A DNA stretch of 64,000 bases from Auanema rhodensis (Eukaryota > Animalia > Nematoda): contig OZ059895.1 in assembly GCA_964057225.1 (NCBI GenBank), positions 5,208,001 to 5,272,000 on the forward strand. Direction: 5' to 3'. The notes under the pieces were generated by a model. It ran no database searches. It saw only the letters and a program-made list of their open reading frames with translations, and was not told where the DNA came from. The position numbers and the translations under genes are program-made. Shown here in pieces: positions 29,620-44,600 of this stretch. How positions within the stretch are numbered: the first letter of the stretch is position 1; every line of letters begins with the position of its first letter.

Positions 29620-32600
29620 ATGTTGTTTTCGGGAGGAAGTTCTGCAAAACCTAAAAAGGACGAGAGAAAAGAAAAGAAATCTGATAGAGGTATTGTTTTT
29701 AAAAATGAATATTTTTGAAAAAAGCAGTTAATTGACTTATGGATTTCTAATGAAAATTGGAAATATTTTCAAAGATTGAAAGTACTATTTTAACTATTTC
29801 TCAATATTTTAACTTGGTGCGGAACTGAGGCTTATGTTTGACATTGCAAGAGGGTAGTGTAAAAATTAATATGTCCTCTACCTACCTACATCACTTTCCG
29901 AAACAGTTGTTAAACTTTAAGCACTTATTCATATTGATATTTAAACTTGTTATGAACGAGAAAAAAATAAAATAAATGGTACACCGATTATCATCGGCTA
30001 GTACCTTAGGTGTGTTCATAGTTAATATGGTAACTTTCATTTAGAAATTTATTTCTATTAGATCCGGTTGTACCAATTGTTTAACAAATCTAATATTATA
30101 TACCCAGCGGCATTATAAATTTCCTTATGATTTGATAGATTTATATTTCTTTTCAGATGAAAAATACGAAATCCAAGAAAATGTTTATATGAAATGGGGA
30201 AATTCCTTGATTCCCAATGAGCCATTGAAGGAGTTTAAAGATCTTGGCGACACGAAATATATTGCTAGTGTAGTTGAAATAGTTACTGGAAACAGTTTGG
30301 TGAGTTTTTCTTCTTCCTTTCATAAATTCTTAGAATGCCTTCATTTTTTTTACATTGCAGGCTTTAACCGGTACACGTGCCGATGATTGTGCTACTATTT
30401 TATCCTTGCTTAATGATTCTAAAACAAACCCAGCCGAGTTTGTGGAAGGACAACAAAAAGCTGTTTTGGGTGTATGGTGGAATCTTGTACAAGCATTTTG
30501 GAAACGATTTGCTCCTGAAGCTATAAAAGATGAAAAGGTAGATAAAGATACATTATCATCTTAGCTGAATTTTTATATTTAAAGGTTACCGAAGGAATAA
30601 AGCAGTGGTGTTTGGAAGTCACAAAAGATTATGCAGAAGTTTCTGTATATGATTTCATTTCATCCTGGCGTGATGGATATGCTTTCAATTGCTTACTTCA
30701 CAATTTCGAGTTCGAGTGTCATTTCTTAGCCTTAATACGAAAAGCTAATTGCAGTCGAAAATTGGTTAATATAAGAAAAATTTCGGAATGGAGCGCTAGT
30801 GAACGAATTGATAATGCTTTCGCAGTCGCCGAAAAGGAATTCCGAGTACCGCGGTTTCTGACTGTTAAAAGTGGGTTTTTTTATTCTTCTCTCTAAATAC
30901 ACGTGAACCATCTATGTTTGATTTGAAATGATAGCTCATGTACTGTTTTCATTTCTCGTGTGATGCTACATTCTTTTCTTATTTGGTGATAGAATTTTCA
31001 AAATGTTTTATATGCTAAGGATTTCCGTTATAAGAGAGCTGTCACTACATGTATGCGGACGTACTGTGGTAGCCTTTTCTTCTCCTAGTCTGACTGGGTT
31101 TGTAGGGTCACGCCCCCGTTTTCTCTCAATTTTTCATTCCCTCCAGTATCAGTCCACTAGTTTTCGATCACATCCATTCTTTGCCGTTTTCTTCGAAACG
31201 TTGCAGAAGAGAAAATCAGTTGAAAGCATAATATAAAAGGTTTTCATAGCCGCTCATGACATCGATAATAAAAATGCTTCCTATTACTTTTTCTTCTCAC
31301 AGACGTCAATTACGATAGATCTAGATTAATCTGAAATTTAATGTTCGGCAACTTTAAAGATTTTACATTAATTTTCACTCAGTTGCCTTAACTGTATATA
31401 TTGAGAAAAAGTAGTTTAATTCTTTTGAAATAATTTCTTCTAACTATCCCGAAATGTCATGTAGCTCCGGCGATATCTCAAAGGTCAACTCGCCTGTTCG
31501 TCTTCGATTCAGTAATCCCAATGCGTTTATCGATTGTTCATATCTAACTACAGACAAGGATGAGTAAGATTTTTTTAGTAGTTCCTAACAGTATACACTT
31601 ATTATGGATTTAAAGCATTGCATTATGGAATAATAGTTTCAATTCACACAGCCTCTCTTCTTGTTTTATGCAACAAGTCGCCGCTTATTCAAAAGCATTT
31701 GTTTGCACTTGCTCTGTAGCTCGATCTAACACTCAAAGTCAGACGCTAGAGCACAATGTATACTGAGGATATGATTTTTTCCTATTTTATAGTTTATTTT
31801 CTTAAAATGCTATTGCAATTCGTTTAACACTCCTTTTAAGGTCATATCTAGTTCCACACTTCTATTTTTCATTCGTTTGCAACTTCCCTAATTTCATTTA
31901 TATCTATATGTATATTCAATTTTGACTAGAATGTTGTCGTCTATTTCTCTCGTATGAAGATATATCCTAACATGCAATAAGGTAGATGTATCTTTCGTTT
32001 ATTCTTATTGATGAAATTCTTTCTAATATGATGCTTAAATTGGTTGTGACACTTCAACGCCGTAAATGTCAATGCTCTCCGTTGTCTACATAGCATCGCT
32101 ATTCTATTCTATTTCTTTAGCGATCAGCATTTTTTTGTGTCCAGCTGTTAGTTTTTTTATAAACTGTTTGTTTGAACATTTGAATAGAAAATGTTCTTGT
32201 ATAACTCAGATTGCTTCTTTCCTTGTATGCTTCAACACAGATAGATAGTGTTTTGTCACATCTCCCATTGATCTGTTTCATTTCTCACATAGTTGGCGCA
32301 ATGTCTTCAATTTTATATGAGTCATTGTCCTACCTTTGCTTTCATTTGATGATGAAGATCAAAAACTCCGCTGTCCTTATTCCTAATTCATAATAAAGTA
32401 CTTAATGCATGTTTTTCAGACCTGCAAAGCGAACATTTAGATTCTCGTTCAATTGTTTGCTATTTGATGACATTGTATTTAACAATTCTAGGAAAATCGT
32501 CTATGGCTACAACTAATGTAATTCTATATTTGAAAGAATTTGTAAATTTTATGTTAAATTTCAGGAAATGATGCCGGCTGGTCCTGTGTTTATTAGCCCA

Positions 32601-35600
32601 CATGAAGGTCAGCATCACTTGATAGGTTGGTTTCTAAAGTTCTTCTACCTCTTTCGGCTGGTTATATCAACTGTTCAGAGCAAGAACATGCTGCTGCTCA
32701 GCTAGAACTAATGCGCCAACAACAGTATGCGCAACAACCCATAGCGTCTACATCTAACGATCAGCAAGCACCTTTCGGATCCTATACGCAAACAACATCA
32801 ATGGACATGCCATCTACCTCCTATTCGACTGTGCCTGCACCAACACCAGAATCGAATGCTGGCCATCCTGATGTGAAATCTTTGAAAACAAAGTCTCAGC
32901 AGAGTGTTGATCAACCCAGCGAGGTTTTATCATAATGTTTTACGTTGAGCATTGATCATGTTTCTTATAGAGCGTAGAAGTTCGATCACGCAAGTCATCG
33001 TCATCGTCTCAGAAAAGTGGCCGTAGCAGAAGAGAACGTAAAGAAGCTATGACGAGAGAATTCGAAAACTGTCTCGAGCAGGTTTCTTTTTAAACCTTTT
33101 CCTTTTCTACACTTTATTCCTTTTTATTCGATTCTGTTGATATTTTTTCTAATTTCTAATTATGATGTTATACCTATTGGTTTAGGTTCTCACTTGGTTA
33201 TTAGAAGCCGAAGAGGAATTATCACTTCTTCCTGAAATAGATCAGAAAGAAGTTGGTATTGTACGCACTCAATTCAAAGAATTTGAGTTATTTATGTCGT
33301 CTCTGACTGAAAGTCAAGAAACTGTTGGACGCGTATTACATCGGTAGAGAATTTATTCATACTGTATGGGAGAAATACTTTTTTCAGAGGGCAACTGCTT
33401 TCCAGCAAAGCAGATTCAGAAGAAGAACGCGAAGCTATTCAAGGTCAACTCCATATAGTTAATCAGCGGTGGGAAGAACTTCGAGCATTATCATTAGATC
33501 GTCAAACAAAGTTACAATCGCAGCTGAATTTTTTACAACAAAGGTACGTATTTCCAAATGATAGTTTGCTCTTTCTTCTAAATTTCAGAAAATCTATTCT
33601 GAATAAACAAGAATTTTTGTATTTTTAGGCAACTAGCTTCTATCAGTAGATGGCTTACTTCTATGGAAACAGAAATTACCACAGCTGGCTCTATTGCTAC
33701 TACAACTGAAGCAATATTAGAACAAATGGAAGAGCATAGCCGAATTCAAACAAAAATTGATGAATTCCAGCCAACAATTCTACAACTGAATTCTTTTGTT
33801 GCTGTGGTAATAATATAAGTTCATTCAACTCTAAAGTTTGTTGATTTTAGGTTGATGATGGAGAATCAGCTGAAGAATCCGTATCATCCTTAGAAATAGC
33901 TATGCAAACTATAGGAGAGCGTTGGAAAACTATATGCAATTGGGCAGAAACACGAACAAATCAGCTAGATGGGCTTGCAGAGATTGTAGCTCAGACAGGG
34001 CAAGTATATGATAGATTGAATCAATGGCTTAACGAACGAGAACAGGCAAGTGCAATCAGTTATAGTTTTCATTCAATTTTTTTTGAAGGATCTGATGGGA
34101 TTGAAATCAGCTCACCATCTCGATGATTCAGAACAAGTTGCTGAACAGGTGGCTCACATATATTTATATAAAAGTTTTTTTTGTCATTACACCACATTTA
34201 GGTTCGAAAATTACAAAGAGCTGAGTCTGCTTTTGAAAAAGAGCATAGCCAATTTGTTCGACTTTCACAGTTATCATGTGAATTAGTAGCCAGACTAGAA
34301 TCAGGTATAGTTATTGTTTCATGTAAATTCTTTATTTATAACTTTTAGGAACTGGCAATGGTAGTGCTTCAAATGAAATTCGAAAGCGCTTGGATGCTGT
34401 AACTCAACGTTGGGATAACTTAGTTGCAAGAATAGAAGAACATAGCAAAATGGTTTGAGTAGTTTTAAAGAAAAATGAAACAATGTGTTTTAGCTGGTAC
34501 GGAGTGGCAAAGCTGACATTAAGCAGTTCAAGCATTATGATAGATCAGGAGAAGATTCCTCTACCATAGATGATTCTATTAAAGCTGATCGTATATTGCT
34601 TCCAGATCAGGCAACAGTATGTTGAAAGTTTATTATTGAGTGTATTTCATATTCTATTTTTATAGTCAAGTGTTCAAGTTGCAACGTTTGATACTATTCC
34701 TGAATCACTAGCTGAAACAACAGATACTGACGGAGAAGATGCTGGAAACATGGTTTTTAATTTTAATTAATTTTAATTTTTTTAATCTTTGTTTTCTTCA
34801 GTTGGTTGACAAATTCTTACGACATGTGAATAAACTAAACTCTGAGTTAGAACCATTAAGATATTGGACTGAAACCTTCTCTGTCTCGAGAAAATCTGAT
34901 CAAATCAGAAAAATGATTAATGTCTGTCAGGAAAAGTTGGTTGAAATCAAGGATCAAGAAGCGAAGGTATACACATTTTTGATAATTAAGATGTTCATAT
35001 CTTTTACTTTTCAGGTATCTCGATTACAACTAGAATTGGAACATCTACATCTTAGCCCCGCATTAAATTCTAAACAACTTAAAGTTGTAAATGATTCATT
35101 TGATAATTTTGCAAAGGTTTTATTCTTATTATATCATATAATTATATAAAAATATATTTGAAGGGATGGGCAAAGATTGTAACAAAAATTAGTGAATCTA
35201 TGAATATACTAACAGGTCATGTAGATGATAGCGAAGAAATTGCAATTGCTAAAAATATTGAACAGTGGATTGAATTATCAAATAGGTTGTTCAATTTTCT
35301 TGTTTAACTCAAAATTATTAATTTTCTTTAGACAATTAACTGATTTACCACGTCTTCCATTTTTTGAACAAAGCAATAAGTTATTAAAGTTGGAACAACA
35401 ATTAGAAATTCATGTAATAACTTTATTTTAATTTTATAATTTATAATTTATTTTAGACATCCAATCTTGAATTTGTAGAAAAAGATCTTGTTAAACGAGC
35501 AATTTTGAAGAAAGGTTTAGATATTATTAAAAATAAGATAGAAGGATTGAAAATATCTCAACAGGTATTTTATGATGTAGAAGCTATTTTTTTATATTTT

Positions 35601-38600
35601 ATATTTTCTAGCCTACAATAGCTGAAGATGAAGAAGTTGTTATTCAAGAGTTAGATGGCCCATGGTCATCTGTAGGTGATCCCATAGCTCTAGAGGCAGA
35701 TTTTCAGAGAAGTATCAAGCTTGTTCAAAAAGCAAGACAAGATAGTATGTCTAGTGATACAGTAGAAAAAGCAGAAACTAGGTTTTAACATTATTTATAA
35801 CTTTATTGTTTTGTTTGTGTTTAGACGGGCAGAAATGGAGGAGCGTAAGCGTGCCACACTTGCAGCTATTGATAAACTTTCGCTTGCCGAAAAAACTTTA
35901 GACAGGCAAGATATAAGACTTATACTTCCAAGTAAAATAAAAGTTTTCAGAATTCGAGTAGAAGTTGAAGATGTTTCAAAGAAAGAAGATGATCTTAGTA
36001 ACATCATAACTGAACTCCAGAATTGCCGTGCCGAGCTTCTTAATCGTGAAGGAGAAAAGAAGGAAGCTGAAAGAGCAACTGAAAAAATGCTAGCTCTAGA
36101 TGATAATGTGGCTGAAGACGTAAGGATTCCCTAAGTTACCATGAAACAGTTTTAGCTTATAGGTTGTGAGTACCAATAGAGCAAGAGTGGTTGCCGTTGT
36201 TCAAGGTTGGAAAGATCTTGGATGCTCAATTGAAGACCAAATAAGCTGTGCTAAAAAAGAACAACGACGTACTGTTCAAAGTGAGTAAAGCAAGTGGTAT
36301 TGGTCAATCGGCAAGTTTTATGCCCGGAAGATGTCGTTGTATTCGATACCACATGTTGCGTGTATGTGTGTACACTTTAGTACGACATACATACAATTTC
36401 ATATAATTATATATAATACTTTGTCAATTTTTTCCTTTTAAATTCAAATTTGAATATTGAAGTTCTCAATTTTCTTATTATTAATTTGGGAGCAACAAAA
36501 CATTCTGTTCTTTTGCGCTAACGAAGGGGGAGGATATTTTGGAGTTCTTGTACAAATATTTGTTTGTTTTAGTTTGGGAGCTCACATGAGCAATCCAGAC
36601 TTCTTGAATTCCGATTTTTATCGTAAATAGGAGTAGCCGATACTTCAATCTATATTTATTGATTGTTTTTTTTATAGAAGCTCTTAGCGATCAGGAACGC
36701 ATATTGGAAAAACTTGAGAAAACATTAATTGCTAGTGAATCTGCCACCGATGCTGAAGAGTGCTGTGAACACCTAGATGTAGGATTTTATTTTTTTTTAT
36801 ATAAAATTTGAATTTTCTTCAGAATTTGGAAAATCTACTCGATAAAGTCAAAGAAGACCAATTAGAAACTGTTATTGCCTCTATGGACGAGTCATTTGCG
36901 AGAGAAAGCTATGCCCGATTGAGCGATACACGAGAGAAAATATCCAAAAGAGCTGAAAGCAGAGTTGTGGAGTTAGGAAAGGTAAGTGTTTTTAACTTTT
37001 TTGATATTACATTTGAATAATGCCTTTAGGCTGTTCAAGAATGTGAACATTTTGAGCAGAAGATGAGCTCTTTCCAATCCTGGGCTGGTGTAATGCAAAG
37101 TTTATTACATTCACGTCGGGCAGCAGATGTTTCTGCACTCGATGTGCCTGAAGAATATAAGGTAAGCTATTTTATAAAATATTTAAAAAAATAAAGGATA
37201 AAAACTGAGAGAAAATAAGTTGTTTTTGTATTAAACACTTATGAGTGAATAAATTACAGCCGGCTTTCGAGGGGGGAAATCTGGTACAAGTAAGTTCGGG
37301 TTTGATGTGAATTTGCATGTTTTCTAGTTTTATTCCCATTTTCTTTATCAATACATAAGTTTAATAGTTAATATTTACTAATTATTTGATTGAAATATGA
37401 TGCATGGTGTGATGTATTTTTCTCTGATTGTGTGATGTATGCAGTACAAGTTGCTTTCAGGTTCTATCAAAAGACTTTGAATTATGGGAAAAAACTCTTA
37501 CTGATTTGTCTTCTTGGCTCAATGAAGGAGAAAAGAAGAATAATGAGAGAATGCAAGCTCAACGAAACCATTCAACAGTAATTATTTTCATTGAATTATC
37601 TGTTTTATACTTGTTTTTTCAGAAGTTATTTAATACTTTAAAGGAACAATTCAGTGAATTTAAGCAACCGAAATCGTTCTCTGAACGTTTAGATCGGACT
37701 TTAAGATATTTATCGGATGTTGAAAATGCCTTGGATGACTTGACAGGTATCATTTTACGAATATCTATCCTGTACTTGATGCTTGTTTAACAGGTATTGA
37801 TGTGTCTACATGCTCTGATGCTTTGTTAGAAGCGAAACAGCTCTTGAGACAAGTGAAAGAAATTGAAGATGATTTGCCAGCATTAGAGAAAGGAAAACAG
37901 GATCTTATTCAGGTTATTTATATAAAATATTATATTTATAATTTATATTTTAGAATGGTTTACTTGATAAAGAAATTGCTCGTGCTGTATCTGAGAAGTT
38001 AAGACATGCTAAAAAGAAAAGCAATGAACTTGGCTTGGTATGATTTTTGAAATAATATTTGTTTATTTGTTTATTTGTTTTCAGAGAGCAGAAGGATCTG
38101 TTGATCGTCTAGAAGATTGTGTAAACCTCCAGGAAAAGCTTATAGAGCAATCAACTAATGTTGATAAGTTTTTATCTGATATAGAAAATAAGATGGAAGA
38201 ATTTTCAAAAGATGAAAAGGCATTAATTATATAATTAACACATAATTTTATAAGTAAAATAATGTTTAGATCATAGATGAAAAGACAATCGAAGAAGTTG
38301 TTAGCCATTTCAATCGAAACGAAACTTTGTTGAAAGCCTTAGAAGATACTGAACGTGTACTTCGAGAGAATGGCATTCATATTAACGAAAATTTGAGTAT
38401 TGAAAAGCGACGTTCAGCAGACATGCTTAAACATCGCTTAGATGGTTTAAATAAAACAATTCAGGTTTGTACAAACATTATTTCATAAAAATTATTTTTT
38501 TTTTTCAGGAAATGGGTGATGATGAAGATGAGCAACTTTTACAATTAGATCAATTACATTGTAATTTAATGAATAAATTGAATAATGTTGAAGATTCCGA

Positions 38601-41600
38601 ACCATCTGAGGTGATTATATGATAATTATTATTTATTATTTTATTATATATGTATAGATTGCTTCTACATTACGGTTTCTACGAGGAGATCGTGATCGAC
38701 TTTCTTCTAGAGCTCGACAACTTGCAGCTGCCAATCCTAGATTGGCTAGTGGCGAACTTATTTCTGGCGTCAACAAAAAGTGGCAATCTTTAGAGAGCCG
38801 TTTAGCAAATCCTAAAGATGACGAAGATTCAATGAGAGTTATTTTGGAAGAAATCGATGGCCAACAGCCTTTCCATAGTCAGGTACCCCTGGTGTTGCAT
38901 AAAATAATATTCTTCTATTTGGGTATTATTTAGGTTTCTGCCTTAGAAAGCAGTTTTAAGAAAGCTAGTACAATTCTTGATTTTGAAAAACCAGTAGCGT
39001 CTGTCACTCAATGGAATGCTAGAATACAGGTAAAAGAAGATATAATGATATTATTCTTATAAGACAAATCATAGGCAGCTGAAGATTTTCTGAAATCATC
39101 TCGCCCAATTCTCGATCGAATATTGGCTGATGGAAGAAAAATAGCTAACAGTGGCAGGATGGAACTTCAGTCTCATGCAGATATCGAAAAGTTAGATGAA
39201 ATATGTGATATTGTTGATAAGGTAAGTGTATATACTATATGATAAAATTGATTTTTTTCTTCAGATGGAAATAACTATTGAAGAACATCGATCTGTATTA
39301 GATCCTACATTATCAGAATATGATTCTCTATTGCGTGAAGTATATGCTATGGAAGAAGTGATTGATCAACTGATATCTCGGAATCTTTCAGATCCAGAAA
39401 TAGCTAAAGTATTAATTATATTATTATTATTATATTATTAAATATCATATGCATTACAGGCCACTAGACGTGATTTACTTGATCGTGATACACAACTCTC
39501 ATCTATGTCAGCTACAGCTGCAAGTTGTCATGCAAATCTTCCTGGACGATCGGTGGATGGTAGAGATCTGACTTTAGTTCCTTTGTTTAACAAAGTGACA
39601 GAGCTGGAAGCAGCTTTAGCTGCTGTCGAAGCTTCACGTGCGATTACCAATGCAACTCCTATTAAAACATCTCCTGATCGTACAAGCGTTAGTAGTCTCG
39701 GAGGCCCATTAGGTTTATTTTTCCATGAATATGTTCGTTTACTTTCCATTTTAGCCATGGAAGCACATGGTAATGCAACTGATTTTTACACGACCGAGGA
39801 TGAGCAAGTACCGGATGAAACGAAAAACGTAGAAGAAGCTGACAATCAAGTTGTAATAACACCACCCGAGCATGCAGCTGCCTTGAACGTTAATAACGCT
39901 GATAATCCAATAAGTATATCATCAAAGGAAAAAGAGAATAATATGAATGATGTAAGAAACATTAATCAATAATCAATAATCAATAATATTTAAGGTTTAT
40001 TCAAATATTGATAATATTGAAGAAGCTATATCTTTTGATGAACAATATCCATTAGAAAACTTAACAAACTGTAAAGAACGATATGCGGTTAGAAAATAAT
40101 TTAATTATAATTAATATTAATTATTATATTTAGGAATATGAATTACAATTAAAAGATGCCTTAGATACTATCAATGAAAATGAAATGACAATGGCTGTTA
40201 TGGAATCAGAACATATTAAAGAACGCATTCTGAATTTAAAAAGAGATTTGAATGAGAGAAAAACGAAAATTGATACTGATCAAGCTACTTGGCAAGAAAT
40301 GCAACAAGTTTGATTTAAAGTTTTATTTTTAATTTCTAATGAAATATCTTTAAGCTTGTCACTGATAGTAATAGTTTGCTGAAGGAAGCTGAAGAAATAA
40401 AGAAAGTTTTACAAGATGAACAAGCTTCTCCTGAAGTTATGGGATCCAAATTGGAATTATTATCTAATGTATGTTGGAATATCCCTGTTTTCATTTTTCT
40501 GTTGTTTAGGCTTTGAAGAGCGCTGAAACTTCTGTATGTACAGTTGTTGGCAAAGTTGGCCTTCTATTACCTCAAATGGTTGAACAGGGTGATACATCTA
40601 AGGAACTGAAGAAACGTGTACGAGACATCGAAGAACGCTTTAGAAGTGCTATAGCATTTCTGGATGAAACTCAACAAATATACCGTGAAAAGGCTATTTT
40701 GGATGAAAATAAGTTACGTCAACACTTTGAAATTCTTGAAAAATGGTGTGATGAAACAACAGCCGGACTTTCAACGATGCCTAATAGCCTTGACTTGCTG
40801 AATCTCGGAAAAGTGCTGGAAGATGCTAAGCGACGCCTTAATGATGTTGCAGAGAAGTAGAAAATTCTCTTCTTCAAACTTTTTTATTTTCATATTTCAT
40901 TTTTAGAAAAAAGGATCTAGTCGTATTAGAGACTGTAAAAGATCAATTAATTACATTAGGAGTAACAGAAAAACAAGCGAAACATGACCTGCGTCGACAA
41001 TCTTGTGATATCGCCAAAAGAGTTGCTGATGTATGTTTTAACATCATTCATCTTAGATTCATTGGTAATTATTTATTTTTTCTAGATTCGTAGTGATCTT
41101 AACGATCGTGTGTCTGAACTAGAAACTACTAAGCTAGGAGCTTCTAAATTTTGGACTGGTATCGATGACCTACTAAAGGGCTCTGAGAGTGTTCAGAAGA
41201 GAGCTAGCGACATCAAATTGGCCGTAATATATACTCCATCGAGAGAAAACATCGAGCATTGTATTGCTGACAGCTTCAAATTGAAGAAAGATCTGGACAA
41301 TTTGCGAGAAAAGTTCAATTTGTCAATGAGAGAAGAAGCGAAATTGAGTTCCGAAGATGTTAAGGTAATATTAATTATTTCTATGTTTTAATTTATAATT
41401 TTTCTACATAGAAAGCTGAAGATGCCCTCGAAACAGCAGATAAACACCTTGAAGCAGCGCATTCTCTTCCAACTATAGATTCTTTAGCAGAAGAATCGAT
41501 GAATTCTTCATTAACGACTGTTGTTGATTTGAATGCTGAAAATTCAGATCCAGCAATTACCCGTAATACAAGTGTTCTATCTAGTCAGGTAGATCCAATA

Positions 41601-44600
41601 CGAGAAACTCAGAGTTATTCAAAATATGTTTAAGCTTGAAATTGATGATGAAGAAACAGCTGGTGAAGAAGATGATGATGAGCCTCATATGGTGGGGACA
41701 CTCTCATCCTGCCGGGAATCACAGGTTTTTTTCAAACTGTTTTCTCAAGCTTTTATGTGAGTTATATCATTTTAGACAAGTAGCATTGTTGTTGCTCAAC
41801 CACGTTTATCTTCTAAAGATGATCATTATAATCAAATGTTAACAACATTATGGCATTGGCTAACTGAAATGGAACGTGATGCAAATACAACTGTTGATTT
41901 ATCAGATCTTCATCAAATTAAAAATACAACTGAAGTAGTACAGGTTTTATAGTTTGATAGTATAAATAATAAGAAATTATGTTTTTTAGAATGTTATTGA
42001 TAATATTCGACATAAAATTATGGATGTTGTTGGTATACAAGATAGCTCTGGAGCCCCTGCTGTCAAACAGAGAGCTCGCGATTTAGTATGACTGAAGAAA
42101 ATACTGAAGATTTCGAAATAATATCCATATTTCAGATTGCGGACATGGAACGAATTGATAAGAGCTGTGATAAACGACGTGCTCATCTGAACAGGTTGCT
42201 AGAATCAGCTCGTTCATGGGAACAGACAAGATCTGAAATGGATTTATGGCTGGATAATGTTGAATTATCTATTGGGCCAACATCTGTAAAGAAGACTGAA
42301 GAGCCTTCAGATGTAGCAATGAAAGAAGAGTTAAAGGTCATTGAAGGAATTATTAGTGAATTAGAGAATAAGCGTGAAATTGTGGATGGCTTGAATCAAA
42401 AGGTATTATACATACATATGTTGTTGACTACTAAAGTATGCTCTTTGTATTGTTTCAGGCGAATAAATTGCTTGATGACTATTCCTCAGACGATCGACAT
42501 AAGCTTAGTCACCAACAAAGTCGAATTAATATGCGTTGGACGAAATTTAATGATAAGTAAGTTTCTATTTCAAAGATTTGTTTTTCATTTTTGAATGAAT
42601 AATATAATATTTCTTTCTTATATCTATGTTAGCAATACAATCATATATTCAATTTAACATTGGATGTTACACTAATGCCAAATTGAATTGTCTCGTTGTG
42701 ATCATACTAACGACAACAGCAAATTAGCTATATCATCGTTAAATTGTTGAAATTCTCTTTTTAAATATAGAAAACATGTAAATTTATTAGAATTATAATA
42801 ATTAACTACGAAGTTTATTGATTTTTATTTTAGTATTCGAATTCGACGTGCTTTGCTGGATGCTTCTCTGCGATCTCGAGTTGATTTCTGTTCAGCTTTG
42901 GAAGAATTTGAAGAATGGCTTAATCGCATAGTGGAAAATGTGCGTAATCTGGAGCGAGGAACATCAAATTCACAAGCTATCAAGAACAGCTCAAAACGAC
43001 GTGAATGGACTCAAGAGCAAAAGGTTTGTATTCATTTTCTGCCTTTATACATATACAACGCTATTAATGTTCATCGTATATCTTTCGGTATTTTTTCGTG
43101 ATGAAAGAAGATTCAGAATAGCTTTTTTGGTCGTTATTGCTTTCCAATTTTATGTGAACCCTTAGTTTTATGAGTTGGCTTGCATTTTTCTTCTCAAACA
43201 ATAGATATATGCCGTATAGCACATAAGAAATCATTCATAGATACGTGTATATAGTCATCTAAGTATACTTTATACAGACACTACAAGCTGAATTAGATGC
43301 TCATGATTCCGTACGACGAGCAGTGCAAGATATGGGCCAGAAAGTCTTAAGTGGCTTGGAGCATGTTCAAGAAAAGAAACAGCTAGAAGGACGTCTCAAC
43401 CAAGTCGAAGAAATTTGGAAAGCTGTGAAGGAAACGGAGCACATCGTTGGATCTCGTTTGGAGTCTGCTGAGCAAGAGTGGGAGAAATTGACACATTCTC
43501 TTTCGCATTTATTATCTTGGATTGAAGAAAAGAGTAAAGAGGTCAGTTAGATTCTCATAATTTAGTTTGGACTTGAATACTATGCTCATAATCAGCTATA
43601 TGTTTCTCTTTTCCAGACGTTAGCACAACAGCCAGTTGCTGGCAATTTATCCTCAGTTATGTTACAAAGCACATGGTCTAAAAACTTAGAACGTGATATG
43701 GAAGCGCAAACGGGAAAAATCCGTGATGTTAGTGCTAGTGCTCAATCGTACTTAATGCAGCACGATTTACGTCCCAAGATGCATAAAGCTAATGTGCTTG
43801 TTGATGATGATGAGCTATTAGGTTTGTTATTCCTTTTATTTTACTAAATTTCCTTGTTTCTACAAATCTTATGTACAATCAAGTTTTAAACTTATGCTTT
43901 ATGATCGATTAGTTTTTAGCTTTTTGTCTTCTAGGAATGAATAACGTAGATACGGATCATCAACGACATGGATTACAAATTCATGCAGACTGTGAGCAGC
44001 TTAAAGAAAAATGGGCTGAGCTTGGTAAACAACTAAGTGACTGGCAGAAGATAGTTTTACAAGCTGCTCAGCGTCTCCAAGAGTTAGAGAGTTGTCTTGC
44101 TGAATGCCAGCTTCATCTAAGGTTTGTTTTCTTTTTGATGTGGGCTCATGTTATTTAGTCTGAAAAGCAATGCCATCTGTCTATATTTCTGGTTTTGTAC
44201 ACTTTATCGGCTAATGCCTTTCTTGTTTATAGCTCTGTGGAAGCCGAGATTGAGAAGATGCCAGCCGTTGAACAGTTACGACTCGAAGAGCTGAAGGACG
44301 CGCGCGTGGAATCCGAAGCGGTTATGACTAAGATTGATGGCTTAAGAATCTATGTAGATGATGCCAATGATGCTTGCGGGAAAATTCTAGCTGCCGATCT
44401 GCAACTGGATCAACATCCTAGAAATCAATTAGATTCTGTAAACCAACGGTTCGTGCTCAAACATTGTTTATTACCAATGTGATTATGACATAATCAATGA
44501 GTTCTGATTTAGATTCGTTGCCATCCGAACTGCAATGCGTGTCCGTATGGCTGCCTTGAGGAATGCTCTGAGTGATTTCGGTCCCTCATCTGAGCATTTC

